Shown here: piece after piece, positions 45,076 to 52,414 of the stretch | Layout: each line of letters begins with the position of its first letter | Numbering within the stretch: the first letter of the stretch is position 1 | Virus record (IMG/VR): IMGVR_UViG_3300020446_001812 | Location: 42,432 to 106,431 of that record | Length of the DNA: 64,000 nt | Reading direction: 5' to 3' (one strand) | Source: a virus | Translations under genes and position numbers: made by a program | Notes under the pieces: generated by a model | The model's database searches: none | The model's input: only the letters and a program-made list of their open reading frames with translations | Told to the model about the DNA's origin: nothing

Positions 45076-45588
45076 CTAAATTTTAGGATATGTGATTGAA
45101 CAGCCGTTTTCGCCGTCTTCGGCAACATCAATAACAACAAACCGGCCTGGGTATCTGCTGTTAATTTGATTATATAAATCATCTGCAATCATTTCACAGG
45201 ATTTATAATCAAGCTCTATAATAGATTCATTATATAATGATTCTAACCAACGTTTAAATTGTATAAATTCAATATCGCGATCATTATGATGAACTTCTAT
45301 TTGTACTTTGAAATGAAAAATATGCCTATGTGGATAACCTAAAAAACTTACATCATACTCATCACCTGTAGCAAGTTTTGGATCTTCTAGTGCGGCTGGG
45401 TATTTATGTATGCCTTCTTTTTTAAACGTAACCCATATACTTCTTTGAACTTTATTTTCCATATATATTTTCCTATCTGCTTCACGACTTTCTCTTAACA
45501 TATAATCGTAATAGCCTTCTCTTTGGTTGACAGCATCAAAACTAGGATAACCTTTTTCAAATACTGGTTCTATATTACTTGCTTTCAT
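45076..45588 (-). CDS. T-fold QueD-like protein (possible DpdL-type CDG decarboxylase)
   Basis: 'FLGYPHRHIFHFKV', 'DRDIEFI..K', 'SCEMIA', 'EDGENG'. The true start may be a downstream Met, because a sigma70 promoter (TTGACA 45615-45610, TACAAT 45592-45587) overlaps the annotated ATG. Confidence 0.7.
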   Translation of the reverse strand: MKASNIEPVFEKGYPSFDAVNQREGYYDYMLRESREADRKIYMENKVQRSIWVTFKKEGIHKYPAALEDPKLATGDEYDVSFLGYPHRHIFHFKVQIEVHHNDRDIEFIQFKRWLESLYNESIIELDYKSCEMIADDLYNQINSRYPGRFVVIDVAEDGENGCSITYPKI

Positions 45589-45595
45589 TGTATAC

Positions 45596-46114
45596 TCATT
45601 TGATTACTTTGTCAAGCCCATATTTACTCCAATCTGTAAATTTTTGATCATCTAGCAGATTGTGTAGTCTATGGCACCAAACGCCTGGATTAGATGCCTT
45701 AAAGTCTTTGTCGTCAATTTTCAACATAGTGTTGTAATTCCACTGTCGTATGTAAGGCACAGGAACACGCAGTTGTGGAATAAAATTATCATACTCTGTT
45801 AAACCGCTTTCTAAAAAATCTTCAGCTACAGCAATAGGAATATCAAGTGAACAAAGATAACCTTCTTTCAAAAATTCTTTTATCATATTTGTCCATTCAC
45901 TCAAATGTTCAGAAGTAGTAGGATTAAAACTATGATTAGCACCAAAGAAAACATGTTCACATTTTTGTTTTGCATAATAGTACATTATGTTTTCAACATC
46001 CTGCACACCATCAACAAACAATGTTTTCAAACCATAAGCAGGTGTTTTTTCAACTTCAGTACCTACAAACAATGTAGGTGTATCCAAAGATCCTTGCTGG
46101 TAATCTCTTTTCAT
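45596..46114 (-). CDS. Conserved hypothetical protein in the deazaguanine locus
   Basis: 'FVGTEVEKTPAYGLKTLFV', 'KIDD.DF...NPGVWC', 'FTDWSKY'. Confidence 0.75.
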   Translation of the reverse strand: MKRDYQQGSLDTPTLFVGTEVEKTPAYGLKTLFVDGVQDVENIMYYYAKQKCEHVFFGANHSFNPTTSEHLSEWTNMIKEFLKEGYLCSLDIPIAVAEDFLESGLTEYDNFIPQLRVPVPYIRQWNYNTMLKIDDKDFKASNPGVWCHRLHNLLDDQKFTDWSKYGLDKVIK

Positions 46115-46269
46115 CCAGCAAACCTATCGATTAATGCTAATACAGTTACATAACCAAAATATAAAAATACACATGTAATACAGAACTTTAGGAACTTGTT
46201 CATTCCGTCATCTGCCATTATTTCCCAGTGTGGGCGTGTATCTGGTTTTCTGTTCCATGGTAGTTTCAT
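46111..46269 (-). CDS. Small membrane protein (52 aa, not in ORF track)
   Basis: MKLPWNRKPDTRPHWEIMADDGMNKFLKFCITCVFLYFGYVTVLALIDRFAG; GGAG SD; fills the gap. Confidence 0.6.
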   Translation of the reverse strand: MKLPWNRKPDTRPHWEIMADDGMNKFLKFCITCVFLYFGYVTVLALIDRFAG

Positions 46270-46271
46270 TC

Positions 46272-46445
46272 TTATCTCCCTAAAAATCTTTTAGCGGCAT
46301 TTATAGGATTTCTTAAACCTTCATATGTATCATTTATAAATCCTATATGTTTATTAAGTTTAGCATTAAGTTCATCTAAAGTCAACTGTATTTTGTCTAC
46401 TTTTTTCTTTAATTCTTCAATATCTTTTTCTAAATTTTTACTCAT
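46272..46445 (-). CDS. Small coiled-coil protein (57 aa, not in ORF track)
   Basis: MSKNLEKDIEELKKKVDKIQLTLDELNAKLNKHIGFINDTYEGLRNPINAAKRFLGR; fills the gap. Confidence 0.6.
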   Translation of the reverse strand: MSKNLEKDIEELKKKVDKIQLTLDELNAKLNKHIGFINDTYEGLRNPINAAKRFLGR

Positions 46446-46836
46446 CACGCATAGCCTTTTTTTGTAAACTTAATTTTTCTTTTGCACTCATTAAATATGC
46501 CGCACCAGCTAATACAAGTATAGCGGCCGCTTCTGCAATAAGCACCCAAGGATCAGCATCTTTAGAATGTAATACTATCAATCTACATAAAGCAGTCATA
46601 GCAATAATAATTGGTAATGTTACAGGAATTCTATTGCTTATAAAGTAAGCACCAACCATACCTACTATTTCTGTATATATAAAAAGTAAAAATAAATCAG
46701 CAAGCTCTATTTTTCTGACTAGAAACATATCATATACATCTAATCCTGCCGCAAACACAGTTAATATTCCAATTACTGCCAACATAACTTTTTCTGTTGC
46801 AACAGTTGTCCAATGTAATCTATTATTATTAAACAT
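46438..46836 (-). CDS. psiE: Phosphate-starvation-inducible PsiE family membrane protein
   Basis: 'DLFLLFIYTEIVGMV', 'RIPVTLPIIIAMTALCRLIVL'. Confidence 0.8.
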   Translation of the reverse strand: MFNNNRLHWTTVATEKVMLAVIGILTVFAAGLDVYDMFLVRKIELADLFLLFIYTEIVGMVGAYFISNRIPVTLPIIIAMTALCRLIVLHSKDADPWVLIAEAAAILVLAGAAYLMSAKEKLSLQKKAMRDE

Positions 46837-47039
46837 TATCCTAAAGCCTTTAATTCTCTTTCTATACGGTGTATTTCATCTTTTAACCATAATTTTTTTG
46901 TTTTCATCCGGTTTACAATTTCTTCTTTTTCAAAACTTTTGTATAAACTTTTTATTTCATCATCTAATGTTCGATGTTTTTTATAAAGTTCTTGCAAATG
47001 TATTGCTAACTTATTGTGTTTCTCCGTAAAGTTGCTCAT
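46836..47039 (-). CDS. DUF465-like small coiled-coil protein
   Basis: 'HRTLDDEI...KKLWLKDEI'. Confidence 0.7.
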   Translation of the reverse strand: MSNFTEKHNKLAIHLQELYKKHRTLDDEIKSLYKSFEKEEIVNRMKTKKLWLKDEIHRIERELKALG

Positions 47040-48558
47040 TTTCTAAATCCTCCAGTTTTGTTTCATCTAATACAGGTTCATCATCTTGCTCTTTGTCATC
47101 ACCAACGTCAAACATAGCATAAAATTGTGTGTCCGCATTCAAAGTTTTCTTTCCTACATTACCTCTAGTGCCAGGAATAGCCATATAAAATCTACTGTGT
47201 TCTTCAATTAATTTTAATGCCTTTTCTTTGTCATCAGTTGCAAATATTGCTTCCACAACATCTCTGAAAAATACCCTGTCAAATTGTTCTTGTACAAGCA
47301 TTTTAGGAATTGTTCCCGCATCATACTGTCTGTTTGCTTCTTGTACTGCATTTATATGACTCCAAACATTGTGTCCCATTTGTATTGCATAGCTGAAGCT
47401 ATCCCAGCTAGTTTTGCCTTCTTTACCTATTTTATTCAAGTCTCCAGGAGCATATGTACAAACGTCTGATACTTTGAGTTCTGAAGTGATAGGTGAGTCT
47501 TCAAAGTTTTTAAATATCCCATCTGATATAACAGCGTCTTTAAACAAGCGGTTGTCTGAAGCATATTTTTTATCGTCAACTGACGGCACCATTCGATATG
47601 TCCATTTCGTTCTGTCCGCAGTTTCATTTTGTATGTATAATTGTCCATTTGCGGTGGCAAGAAAAGGACTAGCACAATCAAAAGTAATAGTATAGTTTTC
47701 ATTATGATGCTTTCTTATTGCTCGTTGAATATCAGTCAGTAATACTGCCCATTCTAATTTACTTGTACCTAGAAAATGCATTATATCTTGTACACCTTTT
47801 TCTAGTAATCCATCATAACGCAATGACACAAGGCGTTTAAGTACAAGATGAACGTCACACATATTTTGTCCGCCCATTGACCAGCCATTAAAATGTTCGT
47901 TTGGATACTGTTTTGGGTCTGAATATTTTTTCATTCTCTGATACCAATCTTCTGCATCAGCATGTGTTTCACCTTGTAAAACATTTAGAAACTTACAGTT
48001 ACCATTTCTCTTTTTAATAAACCAATCATTGTTTATATAAGTACCTTCAACTGCTTCCGCATATGTTGTTATACCAGTTGCTTTTTGTCCAGCTGGAGAA
48101 CGTGCTACCCAAGCCGGAATATCAAGGATCATACCATAGTCCATATAGGCATCCATCCAAGTTAACACTTGTTCACGTTTCTTTTGTGCTTTTGGGCAGT
48201 TAGGATCTTTCCAATTGCCCTCCCAAACACCTTTACCAATTTGGAAGCCTCCTGAATCACCTAAAATCCAGCTTGTCTTCCTATCTCTGTTTCGGACCAT
48301 GTCTTCTTTTGGTGAATGTTTATTTGTATCAAGTTCAGCATGTCCTGCACTGTATAGAGTAAAATGGTAATTAAACAATCCTTGTTTTGGATTTAGATAG
48401 TTTAGACTTTCAACACCATTTGTAAAGTTAGACGGAATACGTGATTTTTCTACATATTCGTCAAACCTTTGCTTGCCTACATAAGTTGCAAAAAAGCCAC
48501 TTAGTGCAGGTAAAAAAACAGCATAATCATTTTGTGTTGCAGTTAAGTCTTTATTCAT
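47011..48558 (-). CDS. dpdA: TGT-fold base-exchange enzyme, DpdA-like (7-deazaguanine DNA transglycosylase)
   Basis: 'GDSGGFQ', 'MILDIP', 'NVLQG', 'HFLG', 'TFDCAS' TGT catalytic motifs; lacks the canonical tRNA-TGT CxCxxC zinc site; clustered with folE/queE and replication genes. Confidence 0.75.
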   Translation of the reverse strand: MNKDLTATQNDYAVFLPALSGFFATYVGKQRFDEYVEKSRIPSNFTNGVESLNYLNPKQGLFNYHFTLYSAGHAELDTNKHSPKEDMVRNRDRKTSWILGDSGGFQIGKGVWEGNWKDPNCPKAQKKREQVLTWMDAYMDYGMILDIPAWVARSPAGQKATGITTYAEAVEGTYINNDWFIKKRNGNCKFLNVLQGETHADAEDWYQRMKKYSDPKQYPNEHFNGWSMGGQNMCDVHLVLKRLVSLRYDGLLEKGVQDIMHFLGTSKLEWAVLLTDIQRAIRKHHNENYTITFDCASPFLATANGQLYIQNETADRTKWTYRMVPSVDDKKYASDNRLFKDAVISDGIFKNFEDSPITSELKVSDVCTYAPGDLNKIGKEGKTSWDSFSYAIQMGHNVWSHINAVQEANRQYDAGTIPKMLVQEQFDRVFFRDVVEAIFATDDKEKALKLIEEHSRFYMAIPGTRGNVGKKTLNADTQFYAMFDVGDDKEQDDEPVLDETKLEDLENEQLYGETQ

Positions 48559-48561
48559 CCG

Positions 48562-49290
48562 TTACTTACTCTGTGCTGGAAGAATATAATCGTATTTTGT
48601 CATGCCGCTATCTACACTTATCATCATTGCGCCTTGATCTGAAATACTCATAGTAGCATCTCCATCTAAGTTTAGGATTGCTTGTACTTGTGCAACTGGC
48701 CAACTCCATGTATGTGCAAGTGTACCTTCAATACCGTGTTGGAATACAAATTCACCTGCGTGTGTACTTGCATCGCCAAAACTAAAAACTAAATTGTTAT
48801 CTACAGTTTTAACATTGAACACAGGTTCTTCAGTATGAGCCGCACTCATTAACTTCATTCTTGCAATTGATGCTACACTTGGTTGAAAAGTAACGTTCCA
48901 AGTTGCTCCTTTAAATTTAACTGTCTTTAGTTTCTCTTCGATAATTTGTTTGTTCATAAACCTATAATCGTTTTGAAAGTCACCTGCGGCATTTTCAAAG
49001 TGAATATGCGTAGGAACAGTTTCACCATTGCGTTCTGCCTCGACAACATCAATCTTTGCATCTTTTTGATACTCAGGATTTTTTAAATGTAGTGCAAGTT
49101 TATCTAAATTTGGCATTCCGAAAGTACCTTTAAACTCAGATACTGGCGAATGTGTCTGTGCTGATAGAATAACGCTTCTATCTTCCGCCATTGAGTCTAT
49201 AGCAGTGCCTTCTTCGTTGCTTATTTTAACTAAACTTAGAAATCCTAGCGAATGTGTATGTGCTACGATATCTTGTAAAATGTCTTTCAT
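48562..49290 (-). CDS. DNA polymerase sliding clamp (gp45-like)
   Basis: 242 aa, beta-rich two-domain pattern, C-terminal 'YDYILPA'; lies in the replication module near the polymerase. Confidence 0.6.
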   Translation of the reverse strand: MKDILQDIVAHTHSLGFLSLVKISNEEGTAIDSMAEDRSVILSAQTHSPVSEFKGTFGMPNLDKLALHLKNPEYQKDAKIDVVEAERNGETVPTHIHFENAAGDFQNDYRFMNKQIIEEKLKTVKFKGATWNVTFQPSVASIARMKLMSAAHTEEPVFNVKTVDNNLVFSFGDASTHAGEFVFQHGIEGTLAHTWSWPVAQVQAILNLDGDATMSISDQGAMMISVDSGMTKYDYILPAQSK

Positions 49291-50063
49291 GTGGTTTCTC
49301 CTATTTCAAGTTTTATTATATTATCTTTATTCAAAGAAGTCAAGTAGTTTTCTACACTATATTTAGGTTTAAATCCTAATGACTTAATTTTTTCCATATT
49401 TGCACAAGTCCATTGTCTTTCATATGGTGTATTTAGGCGAACAGGTACATCTGGAGCAAAGTCTGAAATTTTAAATGGATGTCCTGTGCCTATATCTATA
49501 GTACCTGTATACTTGCTTTTCATGCAAAGTTCAATTGCATCGCATAAATCTTCTAAATGTATAAAATCTCTATAATGGGTTGTTGTATATTCTAATTTAC
49601 CATCTATAAGTTTTTGTAGAAACATACCTTGTCTTGGCGAGCTGTTATATACAGTGTGAAATCTCATACCTAATGTATTAACATATCTTTCTGCGGCTTC
49701 TTCTACACAATATTTCGAAGCGGCATATGGGTTTAGGTCTGGTTCATACGCACTGCTTGAACTTGCGTATAGTATACGTGTGTTAGGATATCTCGCAAAT
49801 AATCTTTTTGATACTTCTACATTGTTCCGCCAATAACTTGCCGGGTCATTTATACTTTCCCGTACACCGCTTTTTCCAGCAAGATGTATTATCAAATCAA
49901 AATTCTCATTTAATTCACAATCGTATAAATCATGACTATTGTTAAAATGATCTCTATCCCATCCGTCTTGTAAATCGAACCCAACTACAGAATATTTTTT
50001 TGTTAATCTCTGTAATAATCTACTGCCTATAAAACCTCTATGACCAGTAAGCATTATATGCAT
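49287..50063 (-). CDS. NAD-dependent nucleotide-sugar epimerase/dehydratase
   Basis: 'TGHRGFIG', 'HLAG', 'ASSSS', YAASK (YxxxK), 'RDFIH'. Confidence 0.9.
   Translation of the reverse strand: MHIMLTGHRGFIGSRLLQRLTKKYSVVGFDLQDGWDRDHFNNSHDLYDCELNENFDLIIHLAGKSGVRESINDPASYWRNNVEVSKRLFARYPNTRILYASSSSAYEPDLNPYAASKYCVEEAAERYVNTLGMRFHTVYNSSPRQGMFLQKLIDGKLEYTTTHYRDFIHLEDLCDAIELCMKSKYTGTIDIGTGHPFKISDFAPDVPVRLNTPYERQWTCANMEKIKSLGFKPKYSVENYLTSLNKDNIIKLEIGETT
49315..49343 (-). promoter_or_regulatory. sigma70 promoter for the clamp-dpdA unit
   Basis: TTGACT, 17 bp spacer, TATAAT; AGGAG SD downstream. Confidence 0.8.
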
Positions 50064-50755
50064 TTTAGTTTCTCCCAAGTGTCTTGCCAGCCTGTTACTT
50101 CAATTGCATGTCCTAAATCAGCATCTATAATTATTTTCTTTAACGGATAATCGTTACCCATAACATCCATCCTATCACCATAAAAATGTAATACATCATC
50201 TGGATGAAAGTCAATAACAATTTGACTTTTATCTTTGCCTTTAGGAGATATATCAATACCGGTTTCTCCTCCTGGTCTTGCAATAAGTTCTGGAAATTCA
50301 TTGTTAAACTGTTTAGCAATTATATCACGTTCTTTAGTAGCATTATCATGATTTACATAAAGTTTACGTTCACCCATTGTTGCATTACGGCCAACTACAC
50401 TAAAATTAACCATGCCAGGACGCTCTTCTATATGCAATCCTGTTCTTAAGGGAAATTTGCTTTCTTCTAGTTGTCTTATTAAAAATGCTCTTGTTATTGG
50501 TCCGATATGCCAATCATCTGTGCGTATATGTTTTTCTCCTTGCCATACATCACTGCCAGAACAGTTATATACTCTTTGTGCAAGACTATATATTTCCTCT
50601 CCTATTTGTTCAATTGTTTTTTCTTTATCGCTACCTGTGACAAGATAGACAGAATTATTAACACAAAAGTCTGAAAAAAATACAGCAAAATCTGAATCAA
50701 TTTGTCCCCTACTTGGTGTTATTGTTCCGTCAACATCAAAAATATATCTATTCAC
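50054..50755 (-). CDS. HAD-IIB phosphomannomutase (PMM-type)
   Basis: 'FDVDGT', 'VTGSD', 'E.R.GMVNFS.VGR', 'GGETGID', 'GD..GNDY'; GTG start with GGAGG SD. Confidence 0.85.
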   Translation of the reverse strand: MNRYIFDVDGTITPSRGQIDSDFAVFFSDFCVNNSVYLVTGSDKEKTIEQIGEEIYSLAQRVYNCSGSDVWQGEKHIRTDDWHIGPITRAFLIRQLEESKFPLRTGLHIEERPGMVNFSVVGRNATMGERKLYVNHDNATKERDIIAKQFNNEFPELIARPGGETGIDISPKGKDKSQIVIDFHPDDVLHFYGDRMDVMGNDYPLKKIIIDADLGHAIEVTGWQDTWEKLKCI

Positions 50756-51152
50756 AAACTCTCCTCCTAAGATCACTTGAACTAAAACGATGATCTCTTT
50801 TGTTAAAATGTATTTCTATATCTCTTTTCCTGCAAATATCTTTTCCTGTAAAATCTTTATCCCTATATTCTTCTCCAAGTATTCTTATATTAATTGGATA
50901 CATAGATAATATATCTTCTAGATCAGATTCGGTTGCATAAGGAATAATTTCATCTACATACTCAACACCTTTCAATTGTGTATAACGTTCAACAACAGTT
51001 TGTATAGGTGCATTTTTCTCGTCTCTATCAACACTTGGATCTATTTGTAGACCACATATTAAATAATCGCATTGTTCTTTTGCTTCACGCAACATAATTA
51101 CATGTCCTGCATGTAATAAATCAAATGTGCTACATGTAAATCCTACTTTCAT
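50748..51152 (-). CDS. Glycerol-3-phosphate cytidylyltransferase-like (TagD family)
   Basis: 'TFDLLHAGH' HIGH motif; 'R...SSS.LR'. Confidence 0.85.
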   Translation of the reverse strand: MKVGFTCSTFDLLHAGHVIMLREAKEQCDYLICGLQIDPSVDRDEKNAPIQTVVERYTQLKGVEYVDEIIPYATESDLEDILSMYPINIRILGEEYRDKDFTGKDICRKRDIEIHFNKRDHRFSSSDLRRRVCE

Positions 51153-51153
51153 T

Positions 51154-51756
51154 TTACACTCCGTAATTAAAACTTATACTAAATCTATCTTTGTCAGAAT
51201 TATTTTTTGTGACTCTGTGTGGTATCCAACTGCTGAATATATATAAATCATTAAGTTTACTTTTATATTGTGTTCTTGGTATATTATAAGATGTTGTTTC
51301 CTTAACTAATAATTTAGGAATATGCATTTCACTATTATCATTTCTTTCAAATACAATATCGCCTTGGTCTAAGTTTTCATCTGCTTCTAAATACCACACT
51401 CCACTAAATAGAGCTCCTAGTTTATCTCCATGATGTAAGTGGTTATGAACAGGATTGTCAACTCCCGGAGGATTCCTATTCACCCATATGTTATATAATT
51501 GAACATTATAAAATCCTACATCTTCACAAATATTTGACATACATTTATCGAGGTTAGTTACTAATTCTTGCACAGCATCACATTCTTCTAGGAAAATATC
51601 AGTACTATCCCAAGGTCTTTCATCCTTCATAAGTGGATTTGTTCTTTTTTGTTTGATTTTATCTAGCGAATAATTTTTTATTTTTTTATTATCTAAATTT
51701 CCTATATTACCCTTCCAAATAACATGAGGAAATAAAACATCACTATCTAGTATCAT
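51154..51756 (-). CDS. Putative 2OG-Fe(II) oxygenase (TIGR02466-like)
   Basis: 'WVN.N..G..N..HNH', 'SGVWY', 'FSSWIPHRV', 'RFSISFN'. Confidence 0.8.
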   Translation of the reverse strand: MILDSDVLFPHVIWKGNIGNLDNKKIKNYSLDKIKQKRTNPLMKDERPWDSTDIFLEECDAVQELVTNLDKCMSNICEDVGFYNVQLYNIWVNRNPPGVDNPVHNHLHHGDKLGALFSGVWYLEADENLDQGDIVFERNDNSEMHIPKLLVKETTSYNIPRTQYKSKLNDLYIFSSWIPHRVTKNNSDKDRFSISFNYGV

Positions 51757-52145
51757 TGTAGGCTTTCCGGCATTGTAAAAAGTGCTTTAACTCCTGATCT
51801 ATCTTCAGGTTGTTTTCTAGCAAATACGACCCACTTAGGGTTATAATCAAAAGACATTGTTCTATAATGTTCATAACAATATTCTTTAAAACTTGCACCA
51901 GTTGTATATACATCATCAACAATCATAGGTGGACCTACAGTTGCATATGGTTTCAATGCTCTTGCTAAAGGTAATCCTCCTCTAGGTATGCCTTCAACTG
52001 AACCGAAAGGTCTTGTTTCATAGTCCATAATCATACGAGCTATTCCCTTCCAATCATCTTTTGTAAGAGCATCACATTCTATTTTCCAATTCAGAGGTAA
52101 TCCTGCATGACTTATAAAAAATTTTTTTTGAAATAAATTAGTCAA
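51753..52145 (-). CDS. Phosphoribosyltransferase (orotate-PRT-like)
   Basis: 'SHAG..L.WKIECD', 'GIPRGG', 'IVDDVYTTGAS'. Confidence 0.8.
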   Translation of the reverse strand: MTNLFQKKFFISHAGLPLNWKIECDALTKDDWKGIARMIMDYETRPFGSVEGIPRGGLPLARALKPYATVGPPMIVDDVYTTGASFKEYCYEHYRTMSFDYNPKWVVFARKQPEDRSGVKALFTMPESLQ

Positions 52146-52413
52146 TTAAGTCACTCCATATTTTCAATTTTTCTTTCTTTGCACCACTTCGGGCATAAAC
52201 ATGTTTCCAATCTAAAATACCATGTTCACACATTAAATCAATCATGCAATATACATCGCCTACTTCATCTAAAAGTTTGTTTCTTTGATCGTCTTCAATT
52301 TGTTCTTTCTCATTGTATTTTCTTATTATTTTTGAACATCTTTGTGTCAATTCTCCGCATTCCTCAGCAGTGATAATCATTAATTGTTGCAGTTTGTTAA
52401 TAGGACTGTTCAT
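52138..52413 (-). CDS. MazG-like NTP pyrophosphohydrolase
   Basis: 'EECGEL' and 'DEVGDV' motifs. Confidence 0.8.
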   Translation of the reverse strand: MNSPINKLQQLMIITAEECGELTQRCSKIIRKYNEKEQIEDDQRNKLLDEVGDVYCMIDLMCEHGILDWKHVYARSGAKKEKLKIWSDLID

Positions 52414-52414
52414 A

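Noticed and set aside
47011-48558. Canonical tRNA-guanine transglycosylase (tgt)
   Set aside because: Lacks the zinc-binding CxCxxC motif and the bacterial Tgt N-terminus, and the context is DNA replication. tRNA activity is not formally excluded.
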